A stretch of 62,447 bases of DNA, filler included, from Candidatus Ancaeobacter aquaticus (GTDB taxonomy: Bacteria > Auribacterota > Ancaeobacteria > Ancaeobacterales > Ancaeobacteraceae): assembly GCA_030765405.1 (NCBI GenBank). It is 6 parts of 6 records of this genome, joined end to end, with 100 filler letters (N's around TTAATTAATTAA, not from the genome) between each part and the next. Parts side by side here need not be neighbours in the genome. Positions count along the whole stretch, not along the records: positions 21,582 to 52,531 come from JAVCCP010000023.1; positions 52,632 to 56,938 come from JAVCCP010000059.1; positions 57,039 to 62,447 come from JAVCCP010000082.1; 3 more parts are not named here. One strand, given 5' to 3'. How positions within the stretch are numbered: the stretch's first letter is position 1; each line of letters begins with the position of its first letter. Positions 47,341-57,152 of the stretch are shown in pieces. A program made the translations under genes and the position numbers. The notes beneath the pieces are model-generated. The model was not told the DNA's origin and searched no databases. It was given only the letters and a program-made list of their open reading frames with translations.

Positions 47341-48955
47341 ACATATCAGGTAAACGGATAACCGGTTTTGAAGCTTCTACCGGATCAGTTTCGGATACTT
47401 TCGGTTTCAGTAGATTTCCCCAGTATGTACGTTCCTTCATTTTTGTTTGAATCGAAGTAGGTACAAAATCTTTTCCTTCCCGTATTTCCCATCCGCCGCC
47501 TAATGCACGATACATCGACACCAGATTTTGAGAGATAGCACCCCGTGCAACGGCATGATTATTCTGTTGTAATAACAATTCCTGCTGTGCAGTCAGAACA
47601 GTGGTAAAGTCGGTCATACCTTGTTGATATTGGATTACTGCAAGATCGGTCGACCGTTTAGCTGCGGAAACACTTTGCAAGAGAAACGATGCACGCTGCT
47701 GTGATTTTACAAAACCGGTTAACGCGTTTTCAACTTCTCTTTGTGCCTGCAAAACTTTATCTTGATATAAGAGCAGTTTTTCCTGGAACAGAGCGTCTTG
47801 CGTACGTACATTATTTATAATGCGTCCATAGTTTAAAATATTCCATTTAAATGAAGGCCCCATACTGCCACTGAAAGCATTATAATCCCACATGTTGCTT
47901 AGTGGAAAAGTAGTCATGTTTGAAGCTTTCCAGCTCAACGATCCATTTAAACTAAAAGCGGGAAGAAGATCAGCTTTTGCTATTCCGATACGGGCACATT
48001 GGGCGGCAGCGTCATATTCTGCCTGACGGATATCTGGCCGACGGCGCAAAAGATCCGCGGGAATACCTATCGCAACCTGTTCTTGTGGTGTTGGGATCTT
48101 TACTGCTTGAGCACCGATAAAATCTGATATAATAAAAGGTGGCTTACCGAGCAGTGTACTCAAGAGATTTACTGCCTGGATCAAATTTGTTTCTATAGTA
48201 GGTATATCAGCCTGAGTACTTGCAAGTATGGTTTTTGCCTGTTCGACATCACGATCAGAAGTGGTTCCGCCTTTGAAACGAGTCTCAGCGATTTTTAGGC
48301 TTTCTTTCTGTACAGTAACGTTTTCATGTGCGATCAGAAGACGTTTTTGGAGTGTTCTTATTGAAACATATGTTGATGCAACATCCGCAATAAGGGTAAC
48401 GAGGGTATTATCATAATCAGCAGCGCTTGACATAAGTGACATGTTTGCAGATTCTATTGCGCGGCTAAATTTCCCCCAGAAATCGATTTCCCAGCTTGCA
48501 AGCCCGCCAATAGCTGCTTGTGAAAAGTTATGTGTTGGTGCGGAAAGACCTTGTGTTGAATATGCACTTAAGCTTTGCCGTTCGAGGGAACCATTAGCCT
48601 GCTGTGATTGTGGGAACCAGTTGCCAACAGCGATCCCTAGCTGTGTTCGTGCCTGCAAAACACGTATGCCGGCGACATGTAGCGTGAGATTCTCTTCGTA
48701 CGCCTTTTCTATCAACGCGTTAAGTACAGGATCGTTAAAAGCGCTCCACCAGTTACGGTATTGACCCGGTCCTTTTTTTACATCATTGTTATTTTCTTGA
48801 GACCACTCAGGTGAAACAGCTGTTTGCGGGGGAGCATAATTAGGGCCTAAGCGAAAAAAACAACCGTTTAGCGAGAGAAATACGAAAGATAGAGCTATGA
48901 AACACGCACAGCGTACTGTGCGGTTAGCTGTCCACTTAAGAGAATGTGTAGTCAT
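47339..48955 (-). CDS. RND outer-membrane factor lipoprotein (NodT family)
   Basis: LNGC lipobox, LGPNY, SWEIDFWG, DLLRRRPDI, YRALGGGW. Confidence 0.93.
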   Translation of the reverse strand: MTTHSLKWTANRTVRCACFIALSFVFLSLNGCFFRLGPNYAPPQTAVSPEWSQENNNDVKKGPGQYRNWWSAFNDPVLNALIEKAYEENLTLHVAGIRVLQARTQLGIAVGNWFPQSQQANGSLERQSLSAYSTQGLSAPTHNFSQAAIGGLASWEIDFWGKFSRAIESANMSLMSSAADYDNTLVTLIADVASTYVSIRTLQKRLLIAHENVTVQKESLKIAETRFKGGTTSDRDVEQAKTILASTQADIPTIETNLIQAVNLLSTLLGKPPFIISDFIGAQAVKIPTPQEQVAIGIPADLLRRRPDIRQAEYDAAAQCARIGIAKADLLPAFSLNGSLSWKASNMTTFPLSNMWDYNAFSGSMGPSFKWNILNYGRIINNVRTQDALFQEKLLLYQDKVLQAQREVENALTGFVKSQQRASFLLQSVSAAKRSTDLAVIQYQQGMTDFTTVLTAQQELLLQQNNHAVARGAISQNLVSMYRALGGGWEIREGKDFVPTSIQTKMKERTYWGNLLKPKVSETDPVEASKPVIRLPDM

Positions 48956-49158
48956 ATTTTCCGTACGTGTTTAAGATTATCGTTAGATCAATATCAAGTG
49001 CCCTAGAGTCTACTAAAATAGTATGATCATATCAATAACTTTATGGGGTTAGTTGTTTGCGTGGTGAAAGTGTTTTCTATTTCGAAATCGCGATGCGATT
49101 TCTGTGCTGACATTTATTGTCTTGAAAACTTACAGTAAAAGAGTAAAATATCGTACCA

Positions 49159-49929
49159 ATGCGCTACTTACTACTTATTATAATTATGGCTGTTACCTTT
49201 ATTCAAACCTCCACCGTGTTTGCACGAGAATCTTTAACTAATGAACAAGATTATTTCAACTTTAGAAAATACAAGTCTACCTATACGTATTTTGATAACT
49301 ATCAATATAATGATTTACGTGATGAGAGCTCCGCAGTGCGGAAAGTCCAACGCCTGGGAAAACATCTTGTTACCGGATTTGACTTATTAAAGAAGAACAA
49401 ACCAGACGAAGCATTAGTTGAATTTAAAAAATCTTCCCGATTAGTACCTGAATATCTTCATGTCGATTTTATTATAGCTCTTACCTATGACAAGAAAGGT
49501 GAGAAACATAAAGCTGCAAAATATTATAAATCGTATCTTGAAAAACTTGAGAAGTTTTGGGATGGTTTGTATCGACTTACATCACCTATAATAATAAAGA
49601 CAGTAAAGTTTGATATAACCGGTTATAAGAGAGCAAAAGAACTGATTACTCAAAGGATGGCAGCAAGCGGTATAGATATAGATAAGGTATATTCCGGCAG
49701 GAACCCAATTGTATATGTCATTGTGTTTATCGTTATAATGTTTTGTGTAACGGTGTACCTCATTATTGAATCTAAGCCAATAAGAAGGATCCGCTACATG
49801 ATAAAGGCAATATTTAATAGTCGAAAAGATACCTGGGTATGTCGCAACTGCGGAACACTAAACGTAAATGTTAATATTGAGTGTAGGGAATGTAGTGAGA
49901 CTAGAAAAGTCACAGGCAAAGCACTGTGA
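49159..49929 (+). CDS. Exported TPR protein with C-terminal TM and RanBP2-type zinc finger
   Basis: Signal peptide, TPR-like helices, TM, WVCRNCGTLN...CREC. Confidence 0.65.
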   Translation: MRYLLLIIIMAVTFIQTSTVFARESLTNEQDYFNFRKYKSTYTYFDNYQYNDLRDESSAVRKVQRLGKHLVTGFDLLKKNKPDEALVEFKKSSRLVPEYLHVDFIIALTYDKKGEKHKAAKYYKSYLEKLEKFWDGLYRLTSPIIIKTVKFDITGYKRAKELITQRMAASGIDIDKVYSGRNPIVYVIVFIVIMFCVTVYLIIESKPIRRIRYMIKAIFNSRKDTWVCRNCGTLNVNVNIECRECSETRKVTGKAL

Positions 49930-49992
49930 ATTTTCTTTAGTCGCCCTTAGGAAACGGGGAACGTTTCCAAGGTTTTGGTCCCCGGAGGGGAA

Positions 49993-50050
49993 ACTATCCC
50001 CCCTGTTTTACGATTTTGGAGGGCAAAGCCCGAGAAAATCTAGGGGGGAT
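49993..50050. repeat. REP-like element copy 2, inverted relative to 47229-47288
   Basis: Reverse complement ATCCCCCCTAGATTTTCTCGGGCTTTGCCCTCCAAAATCGTAAAACAGGGGGGATAGT. Confidence 0.8.
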
Positions 50051-50118
50051 CACGGGGAATGGGATCTCAGGAATCGCATAGCGATTACGATGTTGTGACT
50101 AAAAATAATATGGCTTTA

Positions 50119-50144
50119 CACCGCCCCGATAAATCGGGGCGGTG
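50119..50144. repeat. GC-rich 12-bp perfect hairpin
   Basis: CACCGCCCCGAT-AA-ATCGGGGCGGTG. Confidence 0.85.
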
Positions 50145-50185
50145 GGGGATGGAAGGTAGTTGTTCGTTCCGCGCAAGGAGTAACC

Positions 50186-50650
50186 ATGAAGCTAAATTAT
50201 TTACTTATACCGATCATCACATTTCTCACGGCATTTGTCGGCGGGTGTTTTACGAGTAGCGGTATGGAATGGTACAGAACGATTAATCTGCCTGCGTGGA
50301 CACCACCGGGGTCGGTTATCGGCATGGTGTGGACCGTTATATTTATACTCTCAACGATAGCCGCTCTTATCGTCTGGAACACCAGTGAAAGGAATACTGT
50401 TTTCTGGGTTATTATCGCGATGTTTTTGTGTAACGCACTTTTAAATATCGGGTGGTGTTATATCTTTTTTGGCAAGCATCTTATCGGGCTCGCAATAATT
50501 GAAGCGGCTGTGCTTGATATCAGCGTCATTATTTTAATCATACTTATATGGAAGTCCTCGGTGATTGCATCACTTTTGTTTTTTCCGTATGCTGTTTGGG
50601 TTGCATTTGCAACCTATCTTACATATACTATTTGGATGCTTAACAGATAG
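50186..50650 (+). CDS. tspO: TspO/MBR family protein
   Basis: WYRTINLPAWTPP...VWT, five TMs, PYAVWVAFATYL. Confidence 0.92.
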   Translation: MKLNYLLIPIITFLTAFVGGCFTSSGMEWYRTINLPAWTPPGSVIGMVWTVIFILSTIAALIVWNTSERNTVFWVIIAMFLCNALLNIGWCYIFFGKHLIGLAIIEAAVLDISVIILIILIWKSSVIASLLFFPYAVWVAFATYLTYTIWMLNR

Positions 50651-50664
50651 AAGGGCAGTGATGT

Positions 50665-51096
50665 ATGAAAGAAAAAGTAAAAGAAGTATTAAATAAACAA
50701 AAACTTGGTGTTCTTGCAACTACAGGCGACATTTATCCGTGCACATCACTTGTCGCTGTTTCTCATTCGCAAGATTTGAAAGTTGCCCTTTTTGCAACGC
50801 TGAGAAATACGCGAAAATATATAAATATTCAAAATAATCCGGATGTAACAATCCTTGTTGATAACAGAACAAATACCGAAGAAGATTTTGAGCATGCTGT
50901 CGCACTGACTATTATGGGTAGGGCGCAGGAAATTGCATCAGAACAAGTAGATGAATATAGAGAATTGTTTTTAGCAAAACATCCGTCACTGAGAACATTT
51001 GTTGATGATCCTGACTGCGCGCTTATCAGTTTGATTGTTTCAAAGTATGTGTATGTTTCACAGTTTCAGGAAATAACAGAAGTGGATATGTCGTAG
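50665..51096 (+). CDS. Pyridoxamine 5'-phosphate oxidase-like FMN-binding protein
   Basis: GVLAT...SLV...FAT...RKYINIQNNPDVTILVD. Confidence 0.85.
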   Translation: MKEKVKEVLNKQKLGVLATTGDIYPCTSLVAVSHSQDLKVALFATLRNTRKYINIQNNPDVTILVDNRTNTEEDFEHAVALTIMGRAQEIASEQVDEYRELFLAKHPSLRTFVDDPDCALISLIVSKYVYVSQFQEITEVDMS

Positions 51097-51143
51097 CCTT
51101 TCAAAGGAAAGATACGCCTCAAAAAAATAATTGTATTATATGG

Positions 51144-51171
51144 TTGACAAATAAACTGAGTAATGTAAAAT
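51144..51171 (+). promoter_or_regulatory. Putative sigma70 promoter of the csp gene (long 5' UTR)
   Basis: TTGACA-16nt-TAAAAT about 120 nt before the ATG; long UTRs are typical of csp genes. Confidence 0.55.
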
Positions 51172-51292
51172 GGTTCTCGTAAATAAGAGAGTGTGAATTT
51201 CAACCTTCAAGGTTCAGAGAAATATACACCTTGAGGGTTTTTTTTATTTTCAGCTATTGTTTACCAAATAAACTAAGAAAGGAGGAATAACA

Positions 51293-51493
51293 ATGCCAAA
51301 AGGAACAGTGAAATGGTTTGATAACACAAAAGGTTATGGATTCATTACACCTGAGTCAGGCAGTGATGTATTCGTGCATCATAGTGCGATTCAGGGCGAC
51401 GGCTACAAGACTTTAGACGAAGGACAAAATGTTGAGTTTGAAATTCAACAAGGCGCTAAAGGCGAACAAGCAGTCAATGTAACAAAGATATAA
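51293..51493 (+). CDS. cspA: Cold-shock protein (CspA family)
   Basis: [14 protein letters not shown]...DVFVHHSAI; exact paralog name uncertain. Confidence 0.95.
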   Translation: MPKGTVKWFDNTKGYGFITPESGSDVFVHHSAIQGDGYKTLDEGQNVEFEIQQGAKGEQAVNVTKI

Positions 51494-51519
51494 CAGTGTT
51501 AAAAATCTAAAAAAAGAGA

Positions 51520-51556
51520 ATAGAGTCTGGCTGTAGTGGTCAGGCTCTATTTTTTT
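51520..51556 (+). terminator. Intrinsic terminator after csp
   Basis: ATAGAGTCTG...CAGGCTCTAT stem followed by a T run. Confidence 0.65.
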
Positions 51557-51564
51557 GAGGAATT

Positions 51565-52176
51565 ATGAAGAAAATTGCATTCGATGTAGTGCTCTTGACA
51601 TCAGAAGAAATGACATCACGAGCAATAGAATTAAACAAAAAGCTTTTAGAGTGCGGCGTTAAAAAAATAGTGTTAGATAAAAAACATTGCCTGCCTCATA
51701 TTTCGCTTGCTATGGGAGTTATCCCTGAAAAAGATATTGGTGTAGCAAGAGATATAGTGCAAAATATTGCACAGGAATATCAAGCATTCCAATTAGAAGC
51801 TACATGTATTGCCGTTAACACAATAAATACTGGTGAAAAAGTATCAAGTATCGAAATTAAAAATAATGAGAAGCTGCAATCGCTTCATGAAAAGGTAATG
51901 GATTCTTTCCGGTCGTATATAGGTCGCGATGCTTGTATAGAAATGTTGTGTCAGCCTGCGGTAGAGGAGACGGCGTCGCTACACTGGATTAAGAACTTTT
52001 CCGAGATTGCGGCCCATGAAAAGTTTTGGCCGCACATAACATTGGGTGTCGGTGAGGCACGAGACAAAGAGTTTCCGGTTGTTTTTGATGCTTGTACAAT
52101 TGCTGTATATCAGTTAGGTAACTATTGTACCTGTAGAAAAAATCTGATAGCATATACGTTGAAAAAAAGAATATAG
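51565..52176 (+). CDS. 2H phosphoesterase (2'-5' RNA ligase superfamily)
   Basis: Two HxS/T motifs: PHISL and PHITL. Confidence 0.85.
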   Translation: MKKIAFDVVLLTSEEMTSRAIELNKKLLECGVKKIVLDKKHCLPHISLAMGVIPEKDIGVARDIVQNIAQEYQAFQLEATCIAVNTINTGEKVSSIEIKNNEKLQSLHEKVMDSFRSYIGRDACIEMLCQPAVEETASLHWIKNFSEIAAHEKFWPHITLGVGEARDKEFPVVFDACTIAVYQLGNYCTCRKNLIAYTLKKRI

Positions 52177-52531
52177 GCGGAGGAATGAGAAAAAGATTCA
52201 TATTAGCGATCATATTTGTTGTTTTAGCGTTGATAATAACTATATTATTGAACACTAAAAACAATGAGAGCGTGAAGAACAAGAATAATGTTATAGAAAG
52301 AAATTTCAAGTAGAGTAGCAATGGTTCCCTATTGTCAAAGAAACATAAATCGAAACAGTGTAAGCCATTTAAAGAGAATTAAATACCTCTAATATGTCCT
52401 GTAATCAGCAATTCCGCAACAAAGTATTTTAGCTCACCATAAGTCATTCTATTTACGATATTTTAGTGGTAAACGCCTTGTTTGAGCAAATTCGTATTGA
52501 CGTTGAAGTATTTTATTGACATAAAAACTGA

Positions 52532-52631
52532 NNNNNNNNNNNNNNNNNNNNNNNNNNNNNNNNNNNNNNNNNNNNTTAATTAATTAANNNNNNNNNNNNN
52601 NNNNNNNNNNNNNNNNNNNNNNNNNNNNNNN
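52532..52631. other. Assembly gap with artificial linker
   Basis: N block + TTAATTAATTAA. Confidence 0.97.
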
Positions 52632-53561
52632 GATGATTTTAAAAAGATACAGATTGATCATGAGGCAAGCGCAAAGGTATCTCAAAAATATATCATTTTT
52701 AATACTGATATTATGCTTACAGTATTAAGCGATTTTGTTTCTCATTCAAATGATTATTGTTGGAACGTATACATGTATCTTGTGGGGCATTACAATCCAG
52801 GCAAAGAAATAGATTTTGATTATAAGAAGGTCGCTGATTATATTGGAATTTCCGACAGAATGTCGAAAAATAAATATAGAGAAATGCTTGGTTATCAAAC
52901 GTTAAGGAATTTACAAAACAAATACGGGCTCCTCAAATATACACCTGTAAGAGGTAAAAATGCCAAAGTTATACTAAAGCCGTTTAATAATACTAAAAAG
53001 AGATATTTTGAGATTCCGGAGAAATTCTGGGGAACGGGTTGGGATATGAGATTATCACTTTCCGGAAGATACTGCTATTTTATAAATCTTATAGAAGGCG
53101 GACCTGAACACAAAATGTGGATGATAAGTAAAAAAGTTTTGGTGGAAAAGTATAAGGTTGGTAAAGAAGTTATAAGCAATGGTATGGCTGAATTAAGACA
53201 CTGGAATTTGCTCGAAATCGAATATGGTAATATAGATTCTGGTAAAGGATATAATAACAGATTGCCAAATAGATATAGATTGAAGAATTTATACAGTATT
53301 GAAAATTTCAGCAAGGAACTTGGAAAACTTTATGACAAGTATGGAAAAAATAAGGTTAAAGAGGCTCAAGAATACGCCAGGCTTGTCTTTTGTGAGAATA
53401 ATCTAGTAGATATAGAAGATATTATAAATATGGTAGATGAGTATGGGATTGATAAAGTGAAATATGCATTCGATAAGATTAAAAACAGATCAAAAGATAA
53501 TCCTAAAAGAAGCATTGCTTATGTGAAAGGAATATTGCAGAGCATGGAGCATGGGACATGA
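52632..53561 (+). CDS. 5'-truncated protein with winged-helix-like regions and a DnaD-like C-terminus (replication-initiator-like)
   Basis: Frame open from the first base of the contig; SKKVLVEKYKVGKEVISNGMAELRHWNLLEI wHTH-like; YGIDKVKYAF...KRSIAYVKGIL DnaD-like. Confidence 0.5.
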   Translation, partial: DDFKKIQIDHEASAKVSQKYIIFNTDIMLTVLSDFVSHSNDYCWNVYMYLVGHYNPGKEIDFDYKKVADYIGISDRMSKNKYREMLGYQTLRNLQNKYGLLKYTPVRGKNAKVILKPFNNTKKRYFEIPEKFWGTGWDMRLSLSGRYCYFINLIEGGPEHKMWMISKKVLVEKYKVGKEVISNGMAELRHWNLLEIEYGNIDSGKGYNNRLPNRYRLKNLYSIENFSKELGKLYDKYGKNKVKEAQEYARLVFCENNLVDIEDIINMVDEYGIDKVKYAFDKIKNRSKDNPKRSIAYVKGILQSMEHGT

Positions 53562-53582
53562 AATATCTAATGATCCATAGTA

Positions 53583-53861
53583 TTACAGACCTTGCTTCTC
53601 AATTATTCTCATCAATCTATCTGCTCTTGCTTGAGCTCTTTTGATTTGTTTGGCTATTTCCATCTGTTTAGTTGTAGGTTTCATTCGCCCACCAACATCT
53701 CGGTGATTACTGTCTGGGAGTTCAGAATACATCCTTGTTAATTCCTGAATATTGTTTTCGACAACATTTAACATTTGATAAATATTGTTTACATCTATAT
53801 CTTTCTTATGTACAACAACACTTCTTTTAGTTGTTGATGCTGCTTTCTTTTTGGCTGGCAT
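53583..53861 (-). CDS. Small basic hypothetical protein; paralog of 8576-8854
   Basis: AGGAG + ATG at 53861 gives 92 aa, the same length as the paralog. Confidence 0.8.
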   Translation of the reverse strand: MPAKKKAASTTKRSVVVHKKDIDVNNIYQMLNVVENNIQELTRMYSELPDSNHRDVGGRMKPTTKQMEIAKQIKRAQARADRLMRIIEKQGL

Positions 53862-53903
53862 AACTCTCCTTATCATTATCTTTTTTATTCACAATAATCA
53901 CTG

Positions 53904-56039
53904 TTAACGTTTTCTTCTTAAAAGCATCTTGATTCTTGCCAACAACCTGTCACCGTCAAAAGGTTTTGCCACATAATCGTCTGCACCAGCATCTATTCCC
54001 TTGAGCTCGCTTTCAACATCTTTTTTTGCTGTTAACATCAGTATAGGAATAACCGCTGTCTCGAGTTTTGACCTTAACATCTTTGTTGCCTCAAATCCGT
54101 TCATCTCAGGCATTGAAACGTCCATAACGATCAGATCAGGTTTCTCCCTGAACGCTATTTCAACGGCTTCCCTGCCATTTCTGGCTTTCACTACGTCAAA
54201 GCCGGCATTGTTAAAACGACTTTCCAGCATCATCAAAATGTGATCTTCATCGTCTGCGATAAGTATTTTCTGCTTATCACGCGAATCAGGGACTTCCTCT
54301 GTTTTGACAGCTTCAGAGATCAGCGGGTCTTCCTCTGTTTCAACAACTTCAGTGATTCTTGCTACTTCCTCGATCGTTGTAAGACCCTGTGCAACTTTCT
54401 CAAAACCGGATTCGGCAAGCAGTTTCATCCCGTGCCTCACCGCTGTCTTCAATATGATTTCTTCACCGCTGTTATCCGAAATAAGCTTTCTTATCTTCTC
54501 ATCAATGACTAATAGCTCGAGCATCGCTGTCCTGCCAAGAAATCCTTTATAATTACACCACTGGCATCCTTTACCCCGGTAATATTCTTTTATCTTGTAC
54601 TCATCTATATATTTACTGAATTTTTTGATCAATTCTTTTTCCGGCTCGTATTCTTCCCTGCAATGAAAACATACCACCTTGATCAATCTTTGTGCGGCGA
54701 TCATATTGAGTGATGAGGCAATAAGATACGGTTCAAGACCGATATCAAGAAGTCTGGTTATAGCCATAACGGTATTATTGGTATGCAGAGTTGAAAGAAC
54801 AAGGTGTCCTGTCAGTGAGCTCCGAAACGCTATATCGGCTGTTTCCCTGTCACGTATCTCCCCTACTAAAATGACATTCGGGTCCTGCCTCAAAAGGCTT
54901 CTCAATCCGTTTGCGAACGTAACATCGATAACAGGATTAACCTGCATTTGATTGACGCCGTCAACAAGGTATTCGATGGGGTCTTCAATGGTGATAATAT
55001 TTTTCGCGTCGCTCTTCATATAGTTCAAAGCGGCATATAGCGTTGAGGTCTTACCGGATCCCGTAGGGCCGGTAACTAAAATAATCCCCTGCGGTTTACT
55101 GATAGATTTTTTGAACAGTTGCAGCTCGTGTTTTGAAAAACCAAGATTGTCGAGCCCGACTTTTGCTTCAGTCGGATCAAGCAGTCTCATAACGGCTTTT
55201 TCGCCGAAATGTATCGGGATCATAGAGATCCTCAAATCTATATTCTTCCCGTTTACATAAACCTTTGCGCGGCCGTCCTGCGGTTTCCTGCTCTCGGCAA
55301 CATTCATTTCCGCCATGACCTTTATGCATGAAACAACGTATTTATGCAGTTTAGACGGTATCTTCATCACATCGGACAGATCACCGTCAACCCTGTAGCG
55401 CACTCTTGAAGTTTCTCTGCCCGGTTCAATATGTATATCGCTTGCCCGTCCGCGGACAGCGTCGCTAATTACCATATTAACAAGCTTTACAACAGGTCCC
55501 TGTTTTTCCTTAAACGCTTCGATCTCAAACAACTTTTTGTGATTTTTGTTATCGTCAACAACATCGAGATTCACATCGCCAACCATATGTTCAAACAGGT
55601 CATAGATGATCTCGTCCGAATGATAATACCGCTCAATATGCTCGGTGATATCGCCCTTGGAACACAAAAGAGGCTTTATTTCCATATTCGATATGAGCCT
55701 AATATCTTCCAGTGCAACCATATCAAGGGGATTACTCATTGCCAGCACAAAAACATCATCTTCTACACGTACCGGAAACACCCCGTAATGCTTCGCTTTT
55801 TCATAGGGCAGTATTTTTGCGACGCCCTCTTCATCTATCTCTTCATTCTCAAGATCTACGATACGGAAATTATACATTGAGGATAGAACTTCCATAAATG
55901 CCTTTTCCTCGATAAAACCCATGTCCACGAGTAGTTCGTGAAGAGGTTTCTTTGCCCCGATCTGCTTGTCTTTGGCTTCACGAAGCTGATCTTCCGTAAT
56001 AAGACCTTTTTCAATAAGTGTTTCAACCAGCGTTTTCAT
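53904..56039 (-). CDS. PilB/GspE-type assembly ATPase fused to a C-terminal receiver domain
   Basis: ASDIHIEP, RKPQDG, GPTGSGKT, TIEDPIE, LRQDP..ILVGEIRD, CFHC...CQWC; REC: IADD, MDVSMP, KPF. Confidence 0.92.
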   Translation of the reverse strand: MKTLVETLIEKGLITEDQLREAKDKQIGAKKPLHELLVDMGFIEEKAFMEVLSSMYNFRIVDLENEEIDEEGVAKILPYEKAKHYGVFPVRVEDDVFVLAMSNPLDMVALEDIRLISNMEIKPLLCSKGDITEHIERYYHSDEIIYDLFEHMVGDVNLDVVDDNKNHKKLFEIEAFKEKQGPVVKLVNMVISDAVRGRASDIHIEPGRETSRVRYRVDGDLSDVMKIPSKLHKYVVSCIKVMAEMNVAESRKPQDGRAKVYVNGKNIDLRISMIPIHFGEKAVMRLLDPTEAKVGLDNLGFSKHELQLFKKSISKPQGIILVTGPTGSGKTSTLYAALNYMKSDAKNIITIEDPIEYLVDGVNQMQVNPVIDVTFANGLRSLLRQDPNVILVGEIRDRETADIAFRSSLTGHLVLSTLHTNNTVMAITRLLDIGLEPYLIASSLNMIAAQRLIKVVCFHCREEYEPEKELIKKFSKYIDEYKIKEYYRGKGCQWCNYKGFLGRTAMLELLVIDEKIRKLISDNSGEEIILKTAVRHGMKLLAESGFEKVAQGLTTIEEVARITEVVETEEDPLISEAVKTEEVPDSRDKQKILIADDEDHILMMLESRFNNAGFDVVKARNGREAVEIAFREKPDLIVMDVSMPEMNGFEATKMLRSKLETAVIPILMLTAKKDVESELKGIDAGADDYVAKPFDGDRLLARIKMLLRRKR

Positions 56040-56042
56040 GTA

Positions 56043-56420
56043 CTACCTTTTGCATTTTTCCAGTAGTTCTTTTATCTTTGAAAGTAGAACATGCAGATCA
56101 AATGGTTTAAGAATAAACGCGTCTGCACCTATTTCTTCAGCTATAACTGCACCGTCTTCATATACCTTACCGCTTATCATTATAACAGGAATCCCGCTAA
56201 ATTGTTTGTGCCCCCTGATCGTTCTCACTAAAGTATATCCGTCCATTCCTGGAAGCATAATATCCATTACAACAATGTCCGGCTGTTCTGTCTTCAACTT
56301 CTCAATAATATCCGTTCCTTCATTGCAAATTGCGACATCATACCCTTCTGAGGTAATCCGTGATTCCATTACTTTCAATAAATTGCTGTCGTCTTCGATG
56401 ATAACTACTTTTTTTGCCAT
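56043..56420 (-). CDS. Single-domain response regulator
   Basis: IIEDD, MDIMLP, LKPF. Confidence 0.92.
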   Translation of the reverse strand: MAKKVVIIEDDSNLLKVMESRITSEGYDVAICNEGTDIIEKLKTEQPDIVVMDIMLPGMDGYTLVRTIRGHKQFSGIPVIMISGKVYEDGAVIAEEIGADAFILKPFDLHVLLSKIKELLEKCKR

Positions 56421-56441
56421 TTTTGATCAACCCTTTCCTTA

Positions 56442-56810
56442 CTACTCTCCTAAAGCTTTTTTTACTTTGAGTAATAAATCATCTGCTTCGAACGGTTTTG
56501 CGATAAAGCCTTCAGCCCCCATCTCAAATGCTTTCTCTTCTTTTTCTTTATCAGGGAATGCGGTAATAAATATTATAGGGATCGCAAACGTATCCACTGA
56601 TTTTCTTAAATTCTCAAAAACAGTAAACCCGCTTCCCGCGGGAAGCATCATATCAAGAATAATGAGATCAGGTTTTTCGCGGTGCGCGATAGAAACTGCG
56701 GACAATCCGTCACAGGCAACGCATATATCATAATTATTTGCTTTTAATCTGCTTGCCAGCAGTTTTGCAATGTTAAGGTCGTCGTCAACTATCAATATTT
56801 TTTTACTCAT
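56442..56810 (-). CDS. Single-domain response regulator
   Basis: IVDDD, LDMMLP, AKPF. Confidence 0.92.
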   Translation of the reverse strand: MSKKILIVDDDLNIAKLLASRLKANNYDICVACDGLSAVSIAHREKPDLIILDMMLPAGSGFTVFENLRKSVDTFAIPIIFITAFPDKEKEEKAFEMGAEGFIAKPFEADDLLLKVKKALGE

Positions 56811-56815
56811 CTTTC

Positions 56816-56938
56816 GTAACTACTCAGGTACCCTGTATAGTATTGGCATAAAGGGTTTGTCGGCAATGGCATCAGAGAGAACTCCAATGGGATTAACAGA
56901 GTTCTTTTTTGCGGTTGATATGTAGCTGCGGATACGGC
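56816..56938 (-). mobile_element. IS66-family element, right end with transposase C-terminus, cut by the gap
   Basis: Own translation RIRSYISTAKKNSVNPIGVLSDAIADKPFMP...*, like single-ORF IS66 transposase tails; end reads GTAACTACTCAGG on +. Confidence 0.75.
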
Positions 56939-57038
56939 NNNNNNNNNNNNNNNNNNNNNNNNNNNNNNNNNNNNNNNNNNNNTTAATTAATTAANNNNNN
57001 NNNNNNNNNNNNNNNNNNNNNNNNNNNNNNNNNNNNNN
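56939..57038. other. Assembly gap with artificial linker
   Basis: N block + TTAATTAATTAA. Confidence 0.97.
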
Positions 57039-57152
57039 CGAGGAAGATGGTCTTATATTTGTTTCCTGTGTAGATTGTTCCTTTTGTGAATGTTAGCAGT
57101 TTTTCTTATTGAGGGCTGCGCATTCATTATCACGCAGAGAGAGGAGTTCGTT

